The translations under genes and the position numbers were made by a program. The notes beneath the pieces are model-generated. The model was given only the letters and a program-made list of their open reading frames with translations. It did no database searches and was not told where the DNA came from. 15,536 bases of DNA from Utricularia gibba (taxonomy: Eukaryota; Plantae; Magnoliophyta), in contig NEEC01000459.1 of assembly GCA_002189035.1 (NCBI GenBank), positions 1 to 15,536 on the forward strand, read 5' to 3'. Below are positions 1-9,733 of the stretch, piece after piece; within the stretch, counting starts at the first letter, position 1; each line of letters starts with the position of its first letter.

Positions 1-84
1 GCTCGCTCCCAGAGTCGTTTGTAGCCCGACAAAAAATTGATGCATTTATTAACGTTCGGCGCTATTAGGCTGCCTACATAGTTT

Positions 85-2577
85 CTCAAGGAAAAGCTTA
101 TCGTTTCTGGCGGGTGATGTCGTTGGGAACTTCGTTCGGACCCAAGGTTCTGACTGACTCCTTTGCCACATCGGGTCCTACTCGACGAAAATCGTGATGC
201 AGTTATTGAAGTTAGGATGTCATGAGCACCCAAAATGGTTTTCTCACCGCATGCTTTATATTTGAGGAGGCGCTCTCGTGGGGCAACGGTATCGAGTAGG
301 AGGTCGAGTCGAGCTCGGGCCCATAGTCATTTGTAGCTCGGCAAAAAACTTGATGCATTAATTAACGTTGGGTTTTAATAGAACGCCTACATTGTTTTCT
401 CAAGGAAAAGCTTGTCGTTTCGCGCGGGTGATGTCGTTGGAACTTCGTTCGACCCAAGGTTCTGTCTGACTCCTTTGCCACATCGGGTCCTACTCGACGA
501 AAATCGTGATGCACTTATTAAAGTTAGGATGTCAGGAGCACCCAAAATGGTTTTCTCAACCGCATGCTTTATATTTGATAAGGTGCTCTCGTGGGGCAAC
601 GGTATCGAGCAGGAGGTCGAGTCGAGCTCGGGCCCAGAGTCATTTGTAGCCCGACAAAAATATTGATGCATTTATTAACGTTCGGCGCTATTAGGCTGCC
701 TACATAGTTTCTCAAGGAAAAGCTTATCGTTTCTGAGCGGGTGATGTCGTTGGGAACTTCGTTCGGACCCAAGGTTCTGACTGACTCCTTTGCCACATCG
801 GGTCCTACTCGACGAAAATCGTGATGCAGTTATTGAAGTTAGGATGTCATGAGCACCCAAAATGGTTTTTCTCAACCGCATGCTTTATATTTGAGGAGGC
901 GCTCTCGTGGGGCAACGGTATCGAGTAGGAGGTCGAGTCGAGCTCGGGCCCATAGTCATTTGTAGCTCGGCAAAAAACTTGATGCATTAATTAACGTTGG
1001 GTTTTAATAGAACGCCTACATTGTTTTCTCAAGGAAAAGCTTGTCGTTTCTGGCGGTGATGTCGTTGGGAACTTCGTTCGGACCCAAGGTTCTGTCTGAC
1101 TCCTTTGCCACATCGGGTCCTACTCGACGAAAATCGTGATGCAGTTATTGAAGTTAGGATTTCATGAGCACCCAAAATGGTTTTCTCAACCGCATGCTTT
1201 ATATTTGATAAGGTGCTCTCGTGGGGCAACGGTATCGAGTAGGAGGTCGAGTCGAGCTCGGGCCCATAGTCATTTGTAGCTCGGCAAAAAATTGATGCAT
1301 TTATTAACGTTGGTTTTAATAGGCTGCCTCATGGTTTCTCAAGGAAAAGCTTGTCGTTTCTGGGCGGGTGATGTCGTTGGAACTTCGTTCTGACCCAAGG
1401 TTCGGTCTGACTCCTTTGCCAATCGGTCCTACTCGACGAAAATCGTGATGCAGTTATTGAAGTTAGGATTTCATGAGCACCAAAATGCTTTTTTCAACGC
1501 ATGCTTTATATTTGATAAGGCACTCTCGTGGGGCAACGGTATCGAGCAGGAGGTCGAGTCGAGCTCGGGCCCAGAGTCATTTGTAGCCGGCAAAAAATTG
1601 ATGCATTTATTAACGTTCGGCTTTTTAGGCTGCCTACATAGTTTCTCAAGGAAAAGCTTGTCGTTTCTGGGCGGGTGATGTCTTTGGAACTTCGTTCTGA
1701 CCATAGGTTCGGTCTGACTCCTTTGCCACATCGGGTCCTACTCGACGAAAATCGTGATGCAGTTGTTGAAGTTAGGATATCATGAGCACCCAAAAGGTTT
1801 TCAACCGCATGCTTTATATTTGATAAGGCACTCTCGTGGGGCAACGGTATCGAGCAGGAGGTCGAGTCGAGCTCGGTCCAGAGTCATTTGTAGCCCGGCA
1901 AAAAAATTGATGCATTTATTAACGTTCGGCTTTATTAGGCTGCCTACATAGTTTCTCAAGGAAAAGCTTGTCGTTTCTGGGCGGGTGATGTCTTTGGAAC
2001 TTCGTTCTGACCAAGGTTCGTTCTGACTCCTTTGCCACATCGGGTCCTACTCGACGAAAATCGTGATGCAGTTATTGAAGTTAGGATATCATGAGCACCC
2101 AAAATGGTTTTCTCAACCGCATGCTTTATATTTGATAAGGCACTCTCGTGGGGCAACGGTATCGAGCAGGAGGTCGAGTCGAGCTCGGGCCCAGAGTCAT
2201 TTGTAGCCCGGCAAAAATTGATGCATTTATTAACGTTCGGCTTTATTAGGCTGCCTACATAGTTTCTCAAGGAAAAGCTTGTCGTTTCTGGCGGGTGATG
2301 TCGTTGGGAACTTCGTTCGGACCCAAGGTTCTGTCTGACTCCTTTGCCACATCGGGTCCACTTGACGAAAATCGTGATGCAGTTATTGAAGTTAGGATTT
2401 CATGAGCACCCAAAATGCTTTTTTCAATCGCATGCTTTGTAGTTTAGGAGGCGCTCTCGTGGGGCAACGGTATCGGGCAAAAGGTCGAGTCGGGCTCGCT
2501 CCCAGAGTCATTTGTAGCCCGACAAAATATTGATGCATTTATTAACGTTCGGCGCTATTAGGCTGCCTACATAGTTT
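85..2577. repeat. HOR copy 1: 8 units (A-B-A-C-D-E-F-G), 2493 bp
   Basis: Rare variants recur at ~2.49-kb spacing: gcacttattaaag...gtcaggag at 511 and 3004 (2493 bp), gctcgctccc at 1 and 2494 (2493 bp), agttgttg at 1761 and 4249 (2488 bp). Confidence 0.85.
664..979. repeat. Representative unit showing two diverged half-monomers (664-821 and 822-979, 158 bp each)
   Basis: tgatgca-n-ttatt recurs at 507, 664, 822 and 980 (spacings 157, 158, 158). Colinear motif pairs between halves: tttctcaa/tttctcaa, gctt/gctt, tcgttggg/tcgtgggg, aggtt/aggtc, ctcgacgaaaa/ctcggcaaaaa. Confidence 0.92.
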
Positions 2578-5500
2578 CTCAAGGAAAAGCTTATCGTTTC
2601 TGGGCGGGTGATGTCGTTGGGAACTTCGTTCGGACCAAGGTTCTGACTGACTCCTTTGCCACATCGGGTCCTACTCGACGAAAATCGTGATGCAGTTATT
2701 GAAGTTAGGATGTCATGAGCACCCAAAATGGTTTTCTCAACCGCATGCTTTATATTTGAGGAGGCGCTCTCGTGGGGCAACGGTATCGAGTAGGAGGTCG
2801 AGTCGAGCTCGGGCCCATAGTCATTTGTAGCTCGGCAAAAACTTGATGCATTAATTAACGTTGGGTTTTAATAGAACGCCTACATTGTTTTCTCAAGGAA
2901 AAGCTTGTCGTTTCTGGCGGGTGATGTCGTTGGGAACTTCGTTCGACCCAAGGTTCTGTCTGACTCCTTTGCCACATCGGGTCCTACTCGACGAAAATCG
3001 TGATGCACTTATTAAAGTTAGGATGTCAGGAGCACCCAAAATGGTTTTCTCAACCGCATGCTTTATATTTGATAAGGTGCTCTCGTGGGGCAACGGTATC
3101 GAGCAGGAGGTCGAGTCGAGCTCGGGCCCAGAGTCATTTGTAGCCCGACAAAAAATTGATGCATTTATTAACGTTCGGTTATTAGGCTGCCTACATAGTT
3201 TCTCAAGGAAAAGCTTGTCGTTTCTGGCGGGTGATGTCGTTGGGAACTTCGTTCGGACCCAAGGTTCTGACTGACTCCTTTGCCACATCGGGTCCTACTC
3301 GACGAAAATCGTGATGCAGTTATTGAAGTTAGGATGTCATGAGCACCCAAAATGGTTTTCTCAACCGCATGCTTTATATTTGAGGAGGCGCTCTCGTGGG
3401 CAACGGTATCGAGTAGGAGGTCGAGTCGAGCTCGGGCCCATAGTCATTTGTAGCTCGGCAAAAAACTTGATGCATTATTAACGTTGGGTTTTAATAGGCC
3501 CTACATTGTTTCTCAAGGAAAAGCTTGTCGTTTCTGCGCGGGTGATGTCGTTGGAACTTCGTTCGGACCAAGGTTCGTCTGACTCCTTTGCCACATCGGG
3601 TCCTACTCGACGAAAATCGTGATGCAGTTATTGAAGTTAGGATTTCATGAGCACCCAAAATGGTTTTCTCAACCGCATGCTTTATATTTGATAAGGTGCT
3701 CTCGTGGGGCAACGGTATCGAGTAGGAGGTCGAGTCGAGCTCGGGCCCATAGTCATTTGTAGCCGGCAAAAAACTTGATGCATTTATTAACGTTGGTTTA
3801 ATAGGCTGCCTAATGGTTTTCTCAAGGAAAAGCTTGTCGTTTTTGGGCGGGTGATGTCGTTGTGAACTTCGTTCTGACCCAGGTTCGGTCTGACTCCTTT
3901 GCCAAATCGGTCCTACTCGACGAAAATCGTGATGCAGTTATTGAAGTTAGGATTTCATGAGCACCCAAAATGCTTTTTCAATCGCATGCTTTATATTTGA
4001 TAAGGCACTCTCGTGGGGCAACGGTATCGAGCAGGAGGTCGAGTCGAGCTCGGGCCCAGAGTCATTTGTAGCCGGCAAAAAAATTGATGCATTTATTAAC
4101 GTTCGGCTTTATTAGGCTGCCTACATAGTTTCTCAAGGAAAAGCTTGTCGTTTCTGGGCGGGTGATGTCTTTTGGAACTTCGTTCTGACCATAGGTTCGG
4201 TCTGACTCCTTTGCCACATCGGGTCCTACTCAACGAAAATCGTGATGCAGTTGTTGAAGTTAGGATATCATGAGCACCCAAAAGGGTTTTCTCAACCGCA
4301 TGCTTTATATTTGATAAGGCACTCTCGTGGGGCAACGGTATCGAGCAGGAGGTCGAGTCGAGCTCGGTCCCAGAGTCATTTGTAGCCCGGCAAAAAATTG
4401 ATGCATTTATTAACGTTCGGCTTTATTAGGCTACAATAGTTTCTCAAGGAAAAGCTTGTCGTTTCTGGGCGGGTGATGTCTTTGGAACTTCGTTCTGACC
4501 ATAGGTTCGGTCTGACTCCTTTGCCACATCGGGTCCTACTCGACGAAAATCGTGATGCAGTTATTGAAGTTAGGATGTCATGAGCACCCAAAAATGGTTT
4601 TCTCAACCGCATGCTTTATATTTGAGGAGGCGCTCTCGTGGGGCAACGGTATCGAGTAGGAGGTCGAGTCGAGCTCGGGCCCAGAGTCATTTGTAGCCGG
4701 CAAAAAATTGATGCATTTATTAACGTTCGGCTTTAATTAGGCTGCCTACATAGTTTCTCAAGGAAAAGCTTGTCGTTTCTGGCGGGTGATGTCTTTTGGA
4801 ACTTCGTTCGGACCCAAGGTTCGTCTGACTCCTTTGCCACATCGGGTCCTACTCGACGAAAATCGTGATGCAGTTATTGAAGTTAGGATTTCATGAGCAC
4901 CCAAAATGGTTTTCTCAACCGCATGCTTTATATTGATAAGGTGCTCTCGTGGGGCAACGGTATCGAGTAGGAGGTCGAGTCGAGCTCGGGCCCATAGTCA
5001 TTTGTAGCCGGCAAAAAACTTGATGCATTTATTAACGTTGGTTTTAATAGGCTGCCTAATGGTTTTCTCAAGGAAAAGCTTGTCGTTTCTGGGCGGGTGA
5101 TGTCGTTGGAACTTCGTTCGACCCAAGGTTCGGTCTGACTCCTTTGCCACATCGGGTCCTACTCGACGAAAATCGTGATGCAGTTATTGAAGTTAGGATT
5201 TCATGAGCACCCAAAATGGTTTTTCTCAACCGCATGCTTTATATTTGATAAGGCACTCTCGTGGGGCAACGGTATCGAGCAGGAGGTCGAGTCGAGCTCG
5301 GGCCCAGAGTCATTTGTAGCCGGCAAAAAAATTGATGCATTTATTAACGTTCGGCTTTATTAGGCTGCCTACATAGTTTCTCAAGGAAAAGCTTGTCGTT
5401 TCTGGGCGGGTGATGTCTTTTGGAACTTCGTTCTGACCAAGGTTCGGTCTGACTCCTTTGCCACATCGGGTCCTACTCGACGAAAATCGTGATGCAGTTA

Positions 5501-7250
5501 TTGAAGTTAGGATTCATGAGCACCCAAAATGGTTTTTCAACCGCATGCTTTATATTTGATAAGGCACTCTCGTGGGGCAACGGTATCGAGCAGGAGGTCG
5601 AGTCGAGCTCGGCCCAGAGTCATTTGTAGCCCGGCAAAAAATTGATGCATTTTAACGTTCGGCTTTATAGGCTGCCTACATAGTTTCTCAAGGAAAAGCT
5701 TGTCGTTTCTGGCGGGTGATGTCTTTTGGAACTTCGTTCTGACCAAGGTTCGTTCTGACTCCTTTGCCACATCGGGTCCTACTCGACGAAAATCGTGATG
5801 CAGTTATTGAAGTTAGGATATCATGAGCACCCAAAATGGTTTTCTCAACCGCATGCTTTATATTTGATAAGGTGCTCTCGTGGGGCAACGGTATCGAGCA
5901 GGAGGTCGAGTCGAGCTCGGGCCCATAGTCATTTGTAGCTCGGCAAAAAACTTGATGCATTTATTAACGTTTGGTTTTAATAGGCTGCCTCAATGGTTTC
6001 TCAAGGAAAAGCTTGTCGTTTTTGGGCGGGTGATGTTTTGGAACTTCGTTCTGACCAAGGTTCGGTCTGACTCCTTTGCCACATCGGGTCCTACTCGACG
6101 AAAATCGTGATGCAGTTATTGAAGTTAGGATTTCATGAGCACCCAAAATGGTTTTCTCAACCGCATGCTTTATATTTGATAAGGCACTCTCGTGGGGCAA
6201 CGGTATCGAGCAGGAGGTCGAGTCGAGCTCGGGCCCAGAGTCATTTGTAGCCCGGCAAAAAAAATTGATGCATTTATTAACGTTCGGCTTTATTAGGCTG
6301 CCTACATAGTTTCTCAAGGAAAAGCTTGTCGTTTCTGGGCGGTGATGTCTTTTGGAACTTCGTTCTGACCATAGGTTCGGTCTGACTCCTTTGCCACATC
6401 GGGTCCTACTCAACGAAAATCGTGATGCAGTTATTGAAGTTAGGATATCATGAGCACCCAAAAGGGTTTTCTCAACCGCATGCTTTATATTTGATAAGGC
6501 ACTCTCGTGGGGCAACGGTATCGAGCAGGAGGTCGAGTCGAGCTCGGTCCCAGAGTCATTTGTAGCCCGGCAAAAAATTGATGCATTTATTAACGTTCGG
6601 CTTTATTAGGCTGCCTACATAGTTTCTCAAGGAAAAGCTTGTCGTTTCTGGGCGGGTGATGTCTTTTGGAACTTCGTTCTGACCATAGGTTCGTTCTGAC
6701 TCCTTTGCCACATCGGGTCCTACTCGACGAAAATCGTGATGCAGTTATTGAAGTTAGGATATCATGAGCACCCAAAATGGTTTTCTCAACCGCATGCTTT
6801 ATATTTGATAAGGCCTCTCGTGGGGCAACGGTATCGAGCAGGAGGTCGAGTCGAGCTCGGGCCCAGAGTCATTTGTAGCCGGCAAAAAAATTGATGCATT
6901 TATTAACGTTCGGCTTTATTAGGCTGCCTACATAGTTTCTCAAGGAAAAGCTTGTCGTTTTTGCGCGGGTGATGTCGTTGGGAACTTCGTTCGGACCCAA
7001 GGTTCTGTCTGACTCCTTTGCCATCGGGTCCAACTTGACGAAAATCGTGATGCAGTTATTGAAGTTAGGATTCATGAGCACCCAAAATGCTTTTTTTCAA
7101 TCGCATGCTTTGTAGTTTAGGAGGCGCTCTAGTGGGGCAACGGTATCGGGCAAAAGGTCGAGTCGGGCTCGCTCCCAGAGTCATTTGTAGCCCGACAAAA
7201 ATATTGATGCATTTATTAACGTTCGGCGCTTTAGGCTGCCTACATAGTTT
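2578..7250. repeat. HOR copy 2, internally expanded to 15 units (A-B-A-C-D-E-F'-C-D-E-F''-D-E-F-G)
   Basis: Starts like copy 1 (A-B-A-C-D-E) and ends in a G unit (ctttgtagtttaggagg at 7108, versus 2435 in copy 1; 4673 bp apart). C/D/E/F-type blocks are reiterated in between. Confidence 0.75.
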
Positions 7251-9733
7251 CTCAAGGAAAAGCTTATCGTTTCTGGGCGGGTGATGTCGTTGGGAACTTC
7301 GTTCGGACCCAAGGTTCTCTGACTCCTTTGCCACATCGGGTCCTACTCGACGAAAATCGTGATGCAGTTATTGAAGTTAGGATGTCATGAGCACCCAAAA
7401 TGGTTTTCTCAACCGCATGCTTTATATTTGAGGAGGCTCTCGTGGGGCAACGGTATCGAGTAGGAGGTCGAGTCGAGCTCGGGCCCATAGTCATTTGTAG
7501 CTCGGCAAAAAACTTGATGCATTAATTAACGTTGGGTTTAATAGGCGCCTACATTGTTTTCTCAAGGAAAAGCTTGTCGTTTCTGCGCGGGTGATGTCGT
7601 TGGGAACTTCGTTCGGACCCAAGGTTCTGTCTGACTCCTTTGCCACATCGGGTCCTACTCGACGAAAATCGTGATGCAGTTATTGAAGTTAGGATTTCAT
7701 GAGCACCCAAAATGCTTTTTCAACGCATGCTTTATATTAGGGGCTCTCGTGGGGCAACGGTATCGGCAAAGGTCGAGTCGGGCTCGCTCCCAGAGTCATT
7801 TGTAGCCAAAAAATGATGCATTTATTAACGTTGGGTTTTAATAGGCTGCCTACATGGTTTCTCAAGGAAAAGCTTGTCGTTTCTGGGCGGGTGATGTCGT
7901 TGGAACTTCGTTCGGACCAAGGTTCTGACTGACTCCTTTGCCACATCGGGTCCTACTCGACGAAAATCGTGATGCAGTTATTGAAGTTAGGATGTCATGA
8001 GCACCCAAAATGGTTTTCTCAACCGCATGCTTTATATTTGAGGAGGCGCTCTCGTGGGGCAACGGTATCGAGTAGGAGGTCGAGTCGAGCTCGGGCCCAT
8101 AGTCATTTGTAGCTCGGCAAAAAACTTGATGCATTAATTAACGTTGGGTTTTATAGGCGCCTACATTGTTTCTCAAGGAAAAGCTTGTCGTTTCTGCGGG
8201 TGATGTCGTTGGAACTTCGTTCGACCCAAGGTTCTGTCTGACTCCTTTGCCACATCGGGTCCTACTCGACGAAAATCGTGATGCAGTTATTTGAAGTTAG
8301 GATTTCATGAGCACCAAAATGGTTTTTCAAACCGCATGCTTTATATTTGATAAGGTGCTCTCGTGGGGCAACGGTATCGAGTAGGAGGTCGAGTCGAGCT
8401 CGGGCCCATAGTCATTTGTAGCTCGGCAAAAAACTTGATGCATTTATTAACGTTGGTTTTAATAGGCTGCCTCAATGGTTTTCTCAAGGAAAAGCTTGTC
8501 GTTTTTGGGCGGGTGATGTCGTTTGAACTTCGTTCTGACCCAAGGTTCGGTCTGTCTCCTTTGCCAAATCGGTCCTACTCGACGAAAATCGTGATGCAGT
8601 TATTGAAGTTAGGATTTCATGAGCACCCAAAATGGTTTTTCAATCGCATGCTTTATATTTGATAAGGCACTCTCGTGGGGCAACGGTATCGAGCAGGAGG
8701 TCGAGTCGAGCTCGGGCCCCAGAGTCATTTGTAGCCCGGCAAAAAAATTGATGCATTTATTAACGTTCGGCTTTATTAGGCTGCCTACATAGTTTCTCAA
8801 GGAAAAGCTTGTCGTTTCTGGGCGGGTGATGTCTTTTGGAACTTCGTTCTGACCATAGGTTCGGTCTGACTCCTTTGCCACATCGGGTCCTACTCAACGA
8901 AAATCGTGATGCAGTTATTGAAGTTAGGATATGAGCACCCAAAATGGTTTTCTCAACCGCATGCTTTATATTTGATAAGGCACTCTCGTGGGGCAACGGT
9001 ATCGAGCAGGAGGTCGAGTCGAGCTCGGGCCCAGAGTCATTTGTAGCCCGGCAAAAAAATTGATGCATTTATTAACGTTCGGCTTTATTAGGCTGCCTAC
9101 ATAGTTTCTCAAGGAAAAGCTTGTCGTTTTGGGCGGGTGATGTCTTTTGGAACTTCGTTCTGACCAAGGTTCGTTCTGACTCCTTTGCCACATCGGGTCC
9201 TACTCGACGAAAATCGTGATGCAGTTATTGAAGTTAGGATATCATGAGCACCCAAAATGGTTTTTCTCAACCGCATGCTTTATATTTGATAAGGCACTCT
9301 CGTGGGGCAACGGTATCGAGCAGGAGGTCGAGTCGAGCTCGGGCCCATAGTCATTTGTAGCTCGGCAAAAAACTTGATGCATTTATTAACGTTGGTTTTA
9401 ATAGGCTGCCTCAATGGTTTTCTCAAGGAAAAGCTTGTCGTTTTTGGGCGGGTGATGTCGTTGTGAACTTCGTTCTGACCAAGGTTCGGTCTGTCTCCTT
9501 TGCCAAATCGGTCCTACTCGACGAAAATCGTGATGCAGTTATTGAAGTTAGGATTTCATGAGCACCCAAAATGCTTTTTTCAATCGCATGCTTTGTAGTT
9601 TAGGAGGCGCTCTAGTGGGGCACGGTATCGGGCAAAAGGTCGAGTCGGGCTCGCTCCCAGAGTCATTTGTAGCCCGACAAAAATATTGATGCATTTATTA
9701 ACGTTCGGCGCTATTAGGCTGCCTACATAGTTT
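7251..9733. repeat. HOR copy 3: 8 units, 2483 bp, variant order A-G'-A-C-D-E-F/C-D/G
   Basis: G signature at 7108 and 9591 (2483 bp apart); tactcaacg at 6407 and 8891 (2484 bp apart). Confidence 0.75.

Noticed and set aside
100-114. CENP-B-box-like motif atcgtttctggcggg
   Set aside because: It matches only 7 of 9 core positions of TTCGnnnnAnnCGGG, and only in units with the shorter gg spelling. Many units have ctgggcggg, which breaks the spacing.
224-246. Faint resemblance of gcaccc...gttttc and ggcaaaaa to grass CentC-like satellites
   Set aside because: The matches are only 6-8-bp words, the spacing does not agree with my recollection of CentC, and the comparison relies on memory. A real alignment is needed.
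656-820. ~10-bp phasing of A/T tracts (e.g. 708, 718, 730)
   Set aside because: Only a few tracts fit by eye. It cannot be supported without a dinucleotide periodicity calculation.
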